A stretch of DNA of 64,000 nt, taken from Acidimicrobiia bacterium. Lineage in GTDB: Bacteria; Actinomycetota; Acidimicrobiia; Acidimicrobiales; Bin134. The stretch's first letter is position 1. Each line of letters opens with the position of its first letter. Below are positions 15,833 to 26,000 of this stretch, one piece after another. The notes beneath the pieces are model-generated. The model saw only the letters and a program-made list of their open reading frames with translations, did not search any database and had not been told where the DNA came from. The translations under genes were made by a program, and so were the position numbers. The stretch is from the NCBI GenBank assembly GCA_022821445.1, contig JAJEDQ010000038.1, positions 7,312 to 71,311 of the forward strand, in the 5' to 3' direction.

Positions 15833-16912
15833 TCAAGTGGTGGTGAGCAACGATTCGAGAACGCTTCGGTAGGTCTCCACCGCGGCCCTGTCCACCCGCT
15901 CCTCGGCAGTGTGGGCCAAGGTCGATTCTCCGGGCCCGAAGTTGGCCGCAGGAATGCCCCGCTCAGCGAAGAAGGCCACGTCGGTCCATCCCAGCTTTGA
16001 CTTGATCTCCAGATCGTTGTCGGCGATCAGCCGTTGCAGCACCGGGTGGCCCAACCCCGGTGGGGCGGCCGGTGCGTGCTCGGTCACCTCGAAGCCATCT
16101 TCATCGCCCAATACGGGCGCCAACATCTCTCGCAGAATGTCCTCGGCTTCGGCGGGGCTGCGATCGGGAGCGTAGCGATAGCCCAGCGTCACCTGGGCCC
16201 GGTCGGGCACAACGTTTCCGGCCACGCCGCCCTCCACCGCCACCGCCTGAAGCGACTCCCGGAATTGGCAGCCGTCGATCACCGGCGTGCGGGGTTCGTA
16301 TGCCTCGGCCAGTTGGAGCACTGATCCAAGCCGATGGATGGCGTTGACCCCCATCCAGGGTCGGGCGGTGTGGGCTCGGGCGCCGGCCAGCGTCACCACC
16401 GCCCGCATCGATCCCTGACATCCGGCCTCCACCGCTCCCCCGGTGGGCTCGCCCAGAAGAGCCACGTCGGTGGCCAGCAGTTCGGGGCGGACATCGAACA
16501 GCTCCCGCAGTCCGCTGTCGGCCACTCTCACTTCCTCGCGGGCGTAGAACAGCCACGTCACATCCACCTCAGGCTCGGCCACCGCAGCGGCCAACTCCAG
16601 CATCACCGCCAGCGCCGACTTCATGTCCGCGGCTCCGAGGCCCCACACCACATCGCCCTCGATGCGGGCCACCGCGTTGTCGTTGGGGGGCACGGTGTCG
16701 CTGTGGCCGCCGATCAGAACCCGCTGGGGTCGGCCCAAATCGGTCCGGGCCACCACATTGTCGCCCACGCGATCCACGGTGAGGCCGGGCACCGCCCGCA
16801 GCTCCTGCTCGATGAGACCGGCGATGGCGCCTTCGTTGTAGGACACCGAGGCGACATCGATCAGCTCGGCTGTTCTGGCCAGCAGATCAGCGCTCATGGC
16901 CTGTCCTGTCAA
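15833..16912 (-). CDS. dapE: Succinyl-diaminopimelate desuccinylase (M20 peptidase)
   Basis: 359 aa with an M20 pattern (GGHSDTVP, GLGAADMKS). It sits beside dapD and dapC. Confidence 0.85.
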   Translation of the reverse strand: MTGQAMSADLLARTAELIDVASVSYNEGAIAGLIEQELRAVPGLTVDRVGDNVVARTDLGRPQRVLIGGHSDTVPPNDNAVARIEGDVVWGLGAADMKSALAVMLELAAAVAEPEVDVTWLFYAREEVRVADSGLRELFDVRPELLATDVALLGEPTGGAVEAGCQGSMRAVVTLAGARAHTARPWMGVNAIHRLGSVLQLAEAYEPRTPVIDGCQFRESLQAVAVEGGVAGNVVPDRAQVTLGYRYAPDRSPAEAEDILREMLAPVLGDEDGFEVTEHAPAAPPGLGHPVLQRLIADNDLEIKSKLGWTDVAFFAERGIPAANFGPGESTLAHTAEERVDRAAVETYRSVLESLLTTT

Positions 16913-16975
16913 CGATTTGCGCCGAGATGGACGCCGCGGACCCGATGAGTAGGACTGCCTGTGGATAACCCATGC

Positions 16976-17800
16976 CTAAGTGGCCGCGCCGTGCTCGCGC
17001 AATACGTCGTTCAGCTGGGCCTTGTCGTGGCGCTCGCCGGGCTCAAGATGCTTGATCACCAGAACACAGGGCATGCCGAAGGTGCCTCCGCCGAACTCCC
17101 GAGGCCGGGTGGCCGAGACGGCCACCGACCAAGCGGGAACCGAGCCGCGGCCCAACTCATCGCCGGTGGCTGCATCGATCACCGGGATCGAGCCAGTGAG
17201 CACGCATCCCGCCCCCAGCACCACCCCGTCGCCCAGCTGGGCGCCCTCGGCCACGATGCAGCGGCTGCCCACCAGGCAGTCGTCGCCCACGACGACCGGG
17301 GCGGCCTGAGGAGGCTCCAACACCCCGCCGATGCCCACCCCGCCCGAGAGATGGACGTTGGCGCCGATCTGGGCGCAGGAGCCGACGGTGGCCCACGTGT
17401 CGACCATCGTGTTGGCCCCGACCCGGGCGCCGATGTTCACGTAGCTGGGCATCATGATCACGCCCCGGTCCAAGAACGAGCCCCAGCGGGCCGACGCCCC
17501 CGGCACAACCCGCACGCCGGCAGCCTGGTAGTCGGTCTTGAGGGGGATCTTGTCGGCGTATTCGAACGGCCCCAGCTCCATGGTCTCCATTTCGGCCATG
17601 GAGAACAGCAGCAGGATGGCCTGTTTGAGCCATTGATTCACGACCACCTCGCCCTGGCCGTTCACCTCGGCCACCCGGGCCGCGCCAGTGTCCAGCAGAT
17701 GAATGGCCTCTTCCACCGCAGCCCGGGCCTCGGGGTCGCCGTCGGCAATCGGCGCCCGGTCGGCCCACAGCGCCTCGATACGGGCTCGCAGATCGGTCAT
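16976..17800 (-). CDS. dapD: 2,3,4,5-tetrahydropyridine-2,6-dicarboxylate N-succinyltransferase
   Basis: Hexapeptide-repeat left-handed beta-helix region (IGANVHLSGGVGIGGVLEP..., VVGDDCLVGSRC...). The ATG at 17800 (MTDLRARIEALW) is preferred. The track ORF starts at GTG 17833, which would overlap dapC. Confidence 0.85.
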   Translation of the reverse strand: MTDLRARIEALWADRAPIADGDPEARAAVEEAIHLLDTGAARVAEVNGQGEVVVNQWLKQAILLLFSMAEMETMELGPFEYADKIPLKTDYQAAGVRVVPGASARWGSFLDRGVIMMPSYVNIGARVGANTMVDTWATVGSCAQIGANVHLSGGVGIGGVLEPPQAAPVVVGDDCLVGSRCIVAEGAQLGDGVVLGAGCVLTGSIPVIDAATGDELGRGSVPAWSVAVSATRPREFGGGTFGMPCVLVIKHLEPGERHDKAQLNDVLREHGAAT

Positions 17801-17808
17801 CTCAGTGC

Positions 17809-18966
17809 TCACCTCCTCACGGTATCCCCGCACCGGGCGGCCACTCGCTGTTCAAGCAGGTCGATTTGGACATCGGGGGCCACCGCGGCCACTCGAGCGT
17901 AGGCAGCCCCCTGGGGCCCGTAGAACTCGCCGGGACTGATCAGCGCGCCCATCTCCTCGGCCACCCGGCGAGACAGCAACCAGCCGTCGCCGTCGGGCGA
18001 CTCCGCCCACAAGTACAGACCGCCGCCGGGCAGGCTCAAACCGGGGGCGTAGGGCACCAGGAGCTCGCGGAGTCGGGCCAGACGGTGGCGGTAGACTTCC
18101 CGCTGGGCGTCTACATGGCGGTCGTCGTCGAATGCCGCCACTGCGGCGGCTTGCACCGGGCCGGGGACCATCATCCCCGCGTGCTTGCGAACCTCCGACA
18201 GGTAGCCCACCAGATCGGGATCGCCGGCGTAGAAGCCGGCCCGCATTCCGGCCAGGTTCGACCGCTTGGACAGCGAGTGCACCGCCACCACCCCGTCGGG
18301 TCCCGTGCTGAGGACGCTGGCCTCGGCGGTTCGGGCGGCCTCGTCCCAGATGAATTCGATGTAGCACTCGTCGCTGAGCACCGGTACGCCGTGATGGCGG
18401 CCCCACTCCACCGCGGCGGCCAGATCGTCGATGGCGCCGGTGGGGTTGCCCGGCGAGTTCACCCACAAACACAGCGAGCGGGCGATGTCGTCGGGGGCCA
18501 CCGTGTCGAGATCGATACGCCACTGGTGGTCGAGCGGCACAGGAACCGCCCGGCAGCCGGCCAGCGCAGCCCCCATGGCGTAGGTGGGATAGGAGACCGC
18601 CGGATACAGAACGGTGTCGCGACTGGGATCGCGCAACCGCAGGTAGTGGGGCACCGAGGCCACCAGCTCCTTGGTGCCCACGCAGGCCGCCACCGCAGCA
18701 CCGGCGGCGTCGATGCCGAACCGTCGGGCCAGCCAGCGAAGCGCCGCCTCCCGATAGGCAGTGGATCCTATGGATGCCGGGTAGCCCCGCTCGCTGTCGG
18801 AGGCCGAGAGCGCAGCCACCACTTCAGCCGGGGGCGGATCGGAGGGTGCCCCCACCGACAAGTTCACGCAGCAGCCGTCGAAGCCGTCGGCCACCGCTCG
18901 CAACTCATCGAGGCGGTCGTAGGGGTACGGCGGGGGAACGAAACCGTCCACTACCCCACCACCCAC
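17809..18966 (-). CDS. dapC: Succinyldiaminopimelate aminotransferase (class I/II aminotransferase)
   Basis: 385 aa with N-terminus PPPYPYDRLDEL, the PLP-lysine region HSLSKRSNLAGMRAGF, and a dap cluster context. Confidence 0.8.
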   Translation of the reverse strand: MGGGVVDGFVPPPYPYDRLDELRAVADGFDGCCVNLSVGAPSDPPPAEVVAALSASDSERGYPASIGSTAYREAALRWLARRFGIDAAGAAVAACVGTKELVASVPHYLRLRDPSRDTVLYPAVSYPTYAMGAALAGCRAVPVPLDHQWRIDLDTVAPDDIARSLCLWVNSPGNPTGAIDDLAAAVEWGRHHGVPVLSDECYIEFIWDEAARTAEASVLSTGPDGVVAVHSLSKRSNLAGMRAGFYAGDPDLVGYLSEVRKHAGMMVPGPVQAAAVAAFDDDRHVDAQREVYRHRLARLRELLVPYAPGLSLPGGGLYLWAESPDGDGWLLSRRVAEEMGALISPGEFYGPQGAAYARVAAVAPDVQIDLLEQRVAARCGDTVRR

Positions 18967-20267
18967 TCCGAGAGCCGGGCCGCCGACGCCTCATCGAGGC
19001 GGGCCTGGATCCGGTAGCCGTCGTCTTCGTTCTCAGTGGTCAGCACATGGCCGGCCCGCTGAACCGCCGCCAGCACCTCGCCTCTGGCGTAGGGCACCAC
19101 CAGCTCCACGATGAGCCCGCTGGAGCGCAGCTCATCGGCCATGGCAGCCATCAGCTTGTCGGTCCCCTCGCCGGTGGCAGCCGAGACCACGATGGCGTCC
19201 TTGTCGGCGCCCAGCGGATTGTCCCGTCCGGCCAGCAGGTCGCACTTGTTGTACACCAGCAGCTCGGGAACCGCACCCGCGCCGATCTCCCGCAGCACTT
19301 GGCGCACCGCGGCAATGTGGCTGTCGGAGTCGGGGCCGGAGGCGTCCACCACGTGCAGCAGCAGATCGGCCTCAGCAACCACATTGAGCGTCGAGCGGAA
19401 CGCCTCCACCAGTTGGTGGGGCAGTTTTTGGATGAATCCGACGGTGTCGGTGAGCAGCACCCGCTCCCCGCCCGGTAGCTCGAGTCGGCGGGTGGCGGCG
19501 TCGAGGGTGGCGAAAAGCCGGTTTTGCACCAGCACTTCGGAGTCGGTGAGCAAGTTGAGCAGCCGGGACTTGCCTGCGTTGGTGTAGCCCACGATGGCCA
19601 CCGTGCTCTGGGCCGAGCGGCGACGGCTCCGGCTCTGCACGCTGCGGTTCTTGGCGATGTCGCGGAGTTGGGCCTCCAGCTTGTGGATGCGCCGCTGGAT
19701 GCGCCGTCGGTCCACCTCCAGCTGGGTCTCGCCCGGTCCCCTGGTGCCGATCCCACCGGCCTGCTGGCTGAATGCCCGGCCCCGGCGCAGGCGGGGCAGT
19801 CGGTAGCGGAGCTGAGCCAGCTCCACTTGGGCCTTTCCCTCTTGGCTGCTGGCGTTCTGGGCGAAAATGTCGAGGATCACCGCGGTGCGGTCGATGGCGG
19901 TACGGCCGAGGATCTTCTCCAGGTTGAACTGCTGGGCCGGGCTCAGCTCGTCATCGAACACCACGGTGTCGGCGTCCGCCTCTTCGCACACTTCGAGGAT
20001 CTCGTCAACCTTGCCTTTGCCGATGTAGGTAGACGGATCGGGGGCGCGGCGGCGCTGGACCAGGCGACCCATCTCGTCGGCCCCGGCGGTGTCGATGAGC
20101 TGGGCCAATTCGTCGAGTGCTGCATCGGTGCGGGCTGGGTCGGCACCGTCGAGAGTGACGCCCACCAGCACGATCTTCTCTCGGAAGGTCCGCTCGATGA
20201 ACGCTCCCGACTCCCCACCGTGGGTGCCGAATCCACCCCGGTGGGTCTCGCTGTCAGCCATATTCAA
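18951..20267 (-). CDS. hflX: GTPase HflX
   Basis: 438 aa with the HflX N-domain and G-domain motifs GYTNAGKS, DTVGF and NKCD. Confidence 0.9.
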   Translation of the reverse strand: MNMADSETHRGGFGTHGGESGAFIERTFREKIVLVGVTLDGADPARTDAALDELAQLIDTAGADEMGRLVQRRRAPDPSTYIGKGKVDEILEVCEEADADTVVFDDELSPAQQFNLEKILGRTAIDRTAVILDIFAQNASSQEGKAQVELAQLRYRLPRLRRGRAFSQQAGGIGTRGPGETQLEVDRRRIQRRIHKLEAQLRDIAKNRSVQSRSRRRSAQSTVAIVGYTNAGKSRLLNLLTDSEVLVQNRLFATLDAATRRLELPGGERVLLTDTVGFIQKLPHQLVEAFRSTLNVVAEADLLLHVVDASGPDSDSHIAAVRQVLREIGAGAVPELLVYNKCDLLAGRDNPLGADKDAIVVSAATGEGTDKLMAAMADELRSSGLIVELVVPYARGEVLAAVQRAGHVLTTENEDDGYRIQARLDEASAARLSEWVVG

Positions 20268-21099
20268 CCGCCGCGATGAAAGCCGCGGGCCCGATCAGGA
20301 CGGCGGTTTCGCCCAGCTCCACAATCACGTCGCCACCGGGCATAGACACCTGGACAACCGTACCGGCCAAACCCCAGCGGTGAGCCGCATGGGCGGCAGC
20401 GCATGCTCCGGTCCCGCAGGCCTCGGTCACCCCGACCCCTCGTTCCCACACTCGCATCTCGATTCCTCCGGCGGTGGCACCGATGAACTCCACATTGATC
20501 CCCCCCGCCAGGCGGGACAGCTCAGACCCGTTCCTGGCCACGTCGATCTGGTGCAAGTCGTGGACCGCCGCCACCAGATGGGGGTTGCCCACGTCTGCGG
20601 AGGAGAAGTGATCGGCGAAGCCGTGGTTGCGGAGGTATTGGACGACCTCGCCCTCTTCCAGATCGGGGCCGGGGCCGATCGGCCCCATGTCGACTCGGAC
20701 CTGGACCATGGTGGGATCTTCGGTGGATTCAACGCTCACGGCTCGAATCCCGGCATCGGTGCCTATGGACAGATCACAGTTGGAGCCGCGGGCGTCTCGC
20801 CTGACAACCGCCTGGGCCAAACAGCGGATGCCGTTGCCGCTCATCTCGGCCCGGGTCCCATCGGCGTTGAACAGCACCATGGTTGCATCGGTGCCTGCAC
20901 CGGCATCGCCGGGCAGGCCGAAGATGAGCCCGTCGGCCCCCACGCCGCGGGTGCGGTGGCATGCGGCCTCGGCCGTCGCGGGGGCATCGTCGGGCAGCGC
21001 GTCGGCCAACGCGATCAGAAAGTCATTTCCCAAGCCGTGGTGCTTGGCCAGCTGCATCGTTCCAGTCTGACAAGTTCTGGGCACTGCACCGCGCACCAT
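20254..21099 (-). CDS. dapF: Diaminopimelate epimerase
   Basis: 281 aa with KHHGLGNDFLI, the catalytic Cys regions SGNGIRCL and ACGTGACAAA, and GNPHLV. Confidence 0.9.
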   Translation of the reverse strand: MVRGAVPRTCQTGTMQLAKHHGLGNDFLIALADALPDDAPATAEAACHRTRGVGADGLIFGLPGDAGAGTDATMVLFNADGTRAEMSGNGIRCLAQAVVRRDARGSNCDLSIGTDAGIRAVSVESTEDPTMVQVRVDMGPIGPGPDLEEGEVVQYLRNHGFADHFSSADVGNPHLVAAVHDLHQIDVARNGSELSRLAGGINVEFIGATAGGIEMRVWERGVGVTEACGTGACAAAHAAHRWGLAGTVVQVSMPGGDVIVELGETAVLIGPAAFIAAVEYG

Positions 21100-21106
21100 T
21101 TCGACC

Positions 21107-22090
21107 TCAGCTCGGGGATCCGTGCTCGGTCAGAACCGAGAGCGCCTCGTCGGCCAGCGCCTCGGCGTCTTCGTCGGCGTTTAGCCAAGTGATGCGCGGG
21201 TCGCGTCGAAACCAGCGCTCTTGGCGGCGGGCGAATTTCCGGGTGCGGGCGACGGCGAGGGCCACCGCCTCGTCCAGCGACATCTCGCCGTTGACATGCC
21301 CTAGGAGCTCCTTGTAGCCCAGGGCCTGCGACGCGGTGCGCGACAGCGGCGGCCGTCGGTTCGCCAGCGCCTCCACCTCGGCCAAGAACCCGGCCTCCAT
21401 CTGCTGGTGGTAGCGCTGCTCGATGCGGCGGTCGATCTCAGCCCTCGATAGCGACAGACCGATCTGGGCGATGTCACAGGGCGGATACTGGCCCAGGCCC
21501 GGCCCATAGGAGGAGAACGGGCGGCCGCTTCCCAGCGTCACCTCAAGTGCCCGCATGATCCTCCGGCGGTTGGTGGGCTCCATGCGAGAGCAGGCCAAAG
21601 GGTCGAGTTCGGCTAAGCGGCGGTGCAGGGCTTCGGTGTCGGGCTCGCTCTCCAGAGAGGCCGCCGTCTCGGGATAGCGGCCGGGAATCTCCAGTTCGTC
21701 GATCACCGCCCGGTGGTAGAGCCCGGTGCCCCCCACCAGCACCGCTGTCCGGCATCGGTCGGCGATGTCGGCCCGGGCCTCGCGGGCTGCGGCTTGGAAC
21801 CTGGTCAGGGAGTAGTCCTCGGACGGGTCGGCCACATTGATGAGGTGGTGGGGCACCTCGGCTTGCACCGCGGCGGAAGGCTTGTCGGTGCCGATGTCCA
21901 TTTCCCGATACACCTGCATGGAGTCCACCGAGATGATCTCGGCATCTCGAAGATGGCGGGCGATGGCCACTCCCACGGCCGACTTGCCGGTTGCGGTGAC
22001 TCCGACGACAGCCAGCGCGCCCGGCGCGCCACCAGCACCGGAAGGCGGGAAACTGCTCAGAGCGCGGCCACCGGGATTCGGGTGCGCCAC
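21107..22090 (-). CDS. miaA: tRNA dimethylallyltransferase
   Basis: 327 aa with P-loop GVTATGKS and the MiaA pattern DSMQVYREMDIGTDKP. The start may be downstream of 22090, because it overlaps the miaB end by 34 nt. Confidence 0.85.
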   Translation of the reverse strand: MAHPNPGGRALSSFPPSGAGGAPGALAVVGVTATGKSAVGVAIARHLRDAEIISVDSMQVYREMDIGTDKPSAAVQAEVPHHLINVADPSEDYSLTRFQAAAREARADIADRCRTAVLVGGTGLYHRAVIDELEIPGRYPETAASLESEPDTEALHRRLAELDPLACSRMEPTNRRRIMRALEVTLGSGRPFSSYGPGLGQYPPCDIAQIGLSLSRAEIDRRIEQRYHQQMEAGFLAEVEALANRRPPLSRTASQALGYKELLGHVNGEMSLDEAVALAVARTRKFARRQERWFRRDPRITWLNADEDAEALADEALSVLTEHGSPS

Positions 22091-23469
22091 CGGGGCAAAG
22101 CGGTCACCCCGGCCAGCTCTCCCCGCAGGTGGTGCGCTCCGGCCTCAGTCACGTTCACGGTGGCGAAGGTGCCCGGCTTCAGCTTCTGGGGTGAGGGGAA
22201 GTGGACTATGCGGTTCTGGCGGGTCCGGCCAGTGAGAACACTGGCGTCTTTCTTCGACGGCCCCTCCACCACTACCTCTTCGCGTCGGCCGATGCGGGCC
22301 TGGTTGCCCCGGCGGCTGGAGCGGTCCACCACCGCCCGGAGCCGCTCGAAGCGATCCCGCACCTCTTCGGGGTCGCAGAACTGGTCGGCCATCTCGGCGG
22401 CCTCGGTGCCCGGGCGGGGAGAGAACACAAAGGTGAACGCCGAGTCGTATTCCGCCTCGGCAGCCACCCGCAGGGTCTCCTCGAAGTCGTCCTCGGTCTC
22501 GCCGGGAAAACCCACGATGATGTCAGTGGACACGGCCAAATCGTCCACCGCCTCCCGGGCGGCCCGCAGCCGCTCCAGATAGCGCTCGGCGGTGTAGCCC
22601 CGGTGCATGGCCGCCAGCACGCGGTTGCTGCCCGATTGCAGGGGCAGGTGCAGGTGCTCGCACACCGAGGGAACCTCGGCCATGGCCTCGATGGTCTCGG
22701 GCCGCAGATCCTTGGGGTGGGGGCTGGTGAATCGGATCCGCTCGATGCCCTCAACCGCGCCCACCGAGCGGAGCAAATCGGCGAACAGCGGGCGAAGCGA
22801 CACCCGCTCTCCGGCCTGGCGGCGGTCCCGCTGGAGATCGCGGCCGTAGGAATTCACGTTCTGGCCCAACAGCGTGATCTCGGTGACCCCGCCGGCCGCC
22901 AGATCGGCAGCTTCGGCCACCAAGAGCTCCAGCGGGCGGCTTGTCTCCGCCCCTCGCACCGCAGGCACGATGCAAAAGGCGCACGAGTTGTCGCAGCCCA
23001 CCTGGATGGTCATCCACGCCGCGTAGGGGGCGTCGCGGCGCACCGGCAAGGCGGAGGGGAAGCTGTCGCGGTCGTCGTCGGCGGCCTCTTCGAGGATCTC
23101 CACAACAGGCCCGTTGGCGGCGGCGCCGATCAGATCGGCGGCCCGATGCACGTTGTGGGTGCCGAACACCACGTCGACATGGTCGGCCCGCTCCCGGATC
23201 AGATCACGGTCTTTCTGGGCCAAACAGCCCGCCACCGCGATCTGAATGTCGGGGCGGGCCTGCTTGAGCCGCTTGAGGTGGCCGAGCTGGCCGTAGAGCT
23301 TGTTGTCGGCGTTCTCGCGGATGCAGCAGGTGTTGAGCACGATGACGTCGGCCGACTCCATGGCGTCGGCCGATGTCATCCCGTCGGCTTCCAGCAGCCC
23401 AGAGATGCGCTCGGTGTCGTGCTCGTTCATCTGGCACCCGTAGGTGCGGATGAAATAGCTGCGGCTCAC
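22057..23469 (-). CDS. miaB: tRNA-2-methylthio-N6-dimethylallyladenosine synthase (radical SAM methylthiotransferase)
   Basis: 470 aa. The N-terminus SYFIRTYGCQMNEHD, radical-SAM CxxxCxxC (GCDNSCAFCIVP) and a C-terminal TRAM domain are present. The start codon is GTG. Confidence 0.9.
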   Translation of the reverse strand: MSRSYFIRTYGCQMNEHDTERISGLLEADGMTSADAMESADVIVLNTCCIRENADNKLYGQLGHLKRLKQARPDIQIAVAGCLAQKDRDLIRERADHVDVVFGTHNVHRAADLIGAAANGPVVEILEEAADDDRDSFPSALPVRRDAPYAAWMTIQVGCDNSCAFCIVPAVRGAETSRPLELLVAEAADLAAGGVTEITLLGQNVNSYGRDLQRDRRQAGERVSLRPLFADLLRSVGAVEGIERIRFTSPHPKDLRPETIEAMAEVPSVCEHLHLPLQSGSNRVLAAMHRGYTAERYLERLRAAREAVDDLAVSTDIIVGFPGETEDDFEETLRVAAEAEYDSAFTFVFSPRPGTEAAEMADQFCDPEEVRDRFERLRAVVDRSSRRGNQARIGRREEVVVEGPSKKDASVLTGRTRQNRIVHFPSPQKLKPGTFATVNVTEAGAHHLRGELAGVTALPRWRTRIPVAAL

Positions 23470-23545
23470 CCCGTCAGGCTACCTGTCGGCTGCCGGCAGT
23501 CTCCTAGCCGGTTTTGCCAGCATCCCTGCCGGATTCGCCTGTGCC

Positions 23546-24586
23546 CTAGCCGGTTTGGGCCGCGGCGTCCTCGGTGGCCTCGGCAACCTCGGCGTCTTCC
23601 TCGGCTGGAGGGTTCACCGCCTTCCACACTCGCTCGGTGATCTCCACCATGATCTCGGGGTGCTCGCCCAGAAACGCCTTGGCCTTGTCCCGGCCCTGGC
23701 CGAGGTGTTCGCCCTCGTAGGTGAACCAGGCCCCGGACTTGTCGATGATGTCCAAGTCCACGCCCACATCGAGCAGCGAGCCTTCCCGGCTGATGCCCTT
23801 GGAATACATGATGTCGAACTCGGCCTGCCGGAACGGCGGGGCCACCTTGTTCTTGACCACCTTCACCCGGGTGCGGTTGCCCACCACATCGACCCCCTGC
23901 TTGAGGGACTCGATGCGGCGGATGTCGAGGCGGACCGACGAGTAGAACTTCAGCGCCCGGCCACCCGGCGTGGTCTCGGGAGAGCCGAACATCACGCCGA
24001 TCTTCTCCCGAAGCTGGTTGATGAAGATGCATACCGTCTTGGACTTGTTCAAGTTGGCGGTGAGCTTGCGCAGCGCCTGCGACATGAGGCGGGCTTGCAG
24101 GCCCACGTGGGTGTCGCCCATGTCCCCCTCGATCTCGGCCCGGGGGGTGAGGGCGGCCACCGAGTCGATGACGATCACGTCGAGCGCACTCGAGCGGATC
24201 AGCATGTCGGCGATCTCCAGGGCCTGCTCGCCAGTGTCGGGCTGCGAGATCAACAGCTCGTCCACGTCCACTCCAATGGCCTTGGCGTAGATCGGGTCGA
24301 GGGCATGCTCGGCGTCGACGAACGCGCAGATCCCCCCGTTCCGCTGGGCCTCGGCCACGGCATGCAGCGCCAAAGTGGTCTTGCCCGAGGACTCCGGGCC
24401 GTAGATCTCCACCACCCGGCCCCGGGGGAGCCCCCCGACGCCCAGCGCCAGATCAAGGGCCAGCGCCCCGGTGGGGATGGTCTCGATGGCCATTGTGCCC
24501 TTCTCGCCCATCTTCATAACGGCGCCTTGGCCGAATTGCTTCTCGATTTGGCCGAGGGCCATCTCTAGTGCCTTGTCTCGCTCCAC
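23546..24586 (-). CDS. recA: Recombinase RecA
   Basis: 346 aa with [12 protein letters not shown] (Walker A), FVDAEHALD and a canonical RecA core throughout. Confidence 0.97.
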   Translation of the reverse strand: MERDKALEMALGQIEKQFGQGAVMKMGEKGTMAIETIPTGALALDLALGVGGLPRGRVVEIYGPESSGKTTLALHAVAEAQRNGGICAFVDAEHALDPIYAKAIGVDVDELLISQPDTGEQALEIADMLIRSSALDVIVIDSVAALTPRAEIEGDMGDTHVGLQARLMSQALRKLTANLNKSKTVCIFINQLREKIGVMFGSPETTPGGRALKFYSSVRLDIRRIESLKQGVDVVGNRTRVKVVKNKVAPPFRQAEFDIMYSKGISREGSLLDVGVDLDIIDKSGAWFTYEGEHLGQGRDKAKAFLGEHPEIMVEITERVWKAVNPPAEEDAEVAEATEDAAAQTG

Positions 24587-24646
24587 ATCTCCTCCTTCAG
24601 GTCGTGGTATCGCGTCTGCGAGTTAATCGGGGGAATGTCGAGGCAC

Positions 24647-24669
24647 ACTCTAAAGACGACCAGTGACAG
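24647..24669 (-). promoter_or_regulatory. RecA-NDp (LexA-independent, PafBC-type) DNA-damage promoter motif upstream of recA
   Basis: The minus strand reads cTGTCActg-gtcgtctt-TAGAGT, against the consensus tTGTCRgtg-N8-TAnnnT. It lies about 60 nt upstream of the recA ATG. No GAAC-N4-GTTC LexA box is visible in 24587-24775. Confidence 0.5.
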
Positions 24670-24775
24670 TTTGTCCCCAGTTACTGACATGAGCGTAGTT
24701 ACAGGGGCTGAATTTGACAAGCATCCCGCCCACCCCACCTGCCTGGTTCTCCTTCGAATCCGATACGGTGAGCAC

Positions 24776-25186
24776 ATGTCAGAGCGAACGTTCACCGACG
24801 AGGAGCTGCGCCAGCGGCTGACCGCCGAGCAGTACCACATCACCCAGCAAGCCGGCACCGAGCGGGCCTTCACCGGCGAGTACTGGGACTGCAAAGACGA
24901 GGGCATGTACCGCTGCCGGGTGTGCGACGTGGTGCTGTTCTCCTCGGACACCAAGTACGACTCGGGCACCGGCTGGCCGTCGTTCTACGAGGAGGCCGGC
25001 GAGGGCAAGGTAGACCGCCACACCGACCAGAGCCACGGCCTGGTTCGCACCGAGGCGGTGTGCGCAGAATGCGGCGCCCACCTGGGCCACATCTTTCCCG
25101 ACGGCCCCCACCCCACCGGGGAGCGCTACTGCATGAACTCTGCTTCGCTTAGGCTCGACCGCGATCTCACTCAGGAGGAGAACTGA
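24776..25186 (+). CDS. msrB: Peptide-methionine (R)-S-oxide reductase
   Basis: [37 protein letters not shown]..., Zn-binding CxxC pairs (CRVCD, CAECG), and the catalytic region RYCMNS. The ATG at 24776 is preferred over the track start at 24635. Confidence 0.9.
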   Translation: MSERTFTDEELRQRLTAEQYHITQQAGTERAFTGEYWDCKDEGMYRCRVCDVVLFSSDTKYDSGTGWPSFYEEAGEGKVDRHTDQSHGLVRTEAVCAECGAHLGHIFPDGPHPTGERYCMNSASLRLDRDLTQEEN

Positions 25187-25187
25187 A

Positions 25188-25964
25188 ATGGGAAGACTGG
25201 ACGGCAAAGTGGCCCTCATTTCCGGGGGTGCCCGGGGCCAGGGCGAGGCCGAGGTGCGGCTGTTCGCGGCCGAGGGCGCCAAGGTGGTGTTCGGCGACGT
25301 GCTCCACGATGAGGGCGAGGCGGTAGCCGCCGATGTGGGCCCCAATGTCCACTACATCCCCTTGGACGTGACCGACGAGGGGGCATGGCAGAAGGCGGTG
25401 GATGAAACCATCAACCGCTACGGGCCGCCCAACGTGCTGGTGAACAACGCCGGGATCCTCCTGTTCGGGCTGTCCATGGCGGATACCTCTCTGGATGACT
25501 ACATGCGGGTGATCAACGTGAACCAGGTGGGGGTGTTCCTGGGCATGAAGTACACCGCTCCCGCCATGATCGAGGCCGGCGGCGGGTCGATCGTGAACAT
25601 CAGCTCCACCAACGGCATAGCCGGCTACGGCGGCACGGTGGCCTACACCGCCTCCAAATTCGCGGTGCGGGGCATGACCAAGAACGCGGCCCTAGAACTG
25701 GGCCAACACGGCATCCGGGTCAATTCCATCCACCCCGGCGGCGTGGACACCGCCATGACCGCTCCCGACACCCTGGGAGACGCCATCTCCGATGAGGACC
25801 GCGAGGCGACCTACGCCATGCTCCCCCTGGGCCGGGTGGGCCAGCCCGAAGAGATCGCCCGCCTCGCCGTCTACCTCGCCTCCGACGAGTCTTCCTACAG
25901 CACCGGCGCCGAGTTCATCGCCGACGGCGGAATGCTCGCCGGCGTCGTCAACCCCGAGATCTAG
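25188..25964 (+). CDS. SDR family oxidoreductase (3-alpha/20-beta-hydroxysteroid dehydrogenase-like)
   Basis: 258 aa with ISGGARGQG, NNAG and YTASKFAVRGMTK. It starts 2 nt after the msrB stop. Confidence 0.85.
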   Translation: MGRLDGKVALISGGARGQGEAEVRLFAAEGAKVVFGDVLHDEGEAVAADVGPNVHYIPLDVTDEGAWQKAVDETINRYGPPNVLVNNAGILLFGLSMADTSLDDYMRVINVNQVGVFLGMKYTAPAMIEAGGGSIVNISSTNGIAGYGGTVAYTASKFAVRGMTKNAALELGQHGIRVNSIHPGGVDTAMTAPDTLGDAISDEDREATYAMLPLGRVGQPEEIARLAVYLASDESSYSTGAEFIADGGMLAGVVNPEI

Positions 25965-26000
25965 GCCAACCGACCCGCTTCTCCCACTCCAAGAGGGCGT

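Noticed and set aside
23466-24032. The 188-aa ORF overlapping the recA 3' half as a candidate recX.
   Set aside because: It lies on the same strand but out of frame and almost entirely inside recA. Its composition is Gly/Arg/Pro/His-rich, with none of the RecX three-helix repeat pattern.
24587-24775. LexA (SOS) box upstream of recA.
   Set aside because: No GAAC-N4-GTTC or TCGAAC-N4-GTTCGA pattern is visible on either strand. The nearest strings (TTCGAATCC) lack the second half-site.
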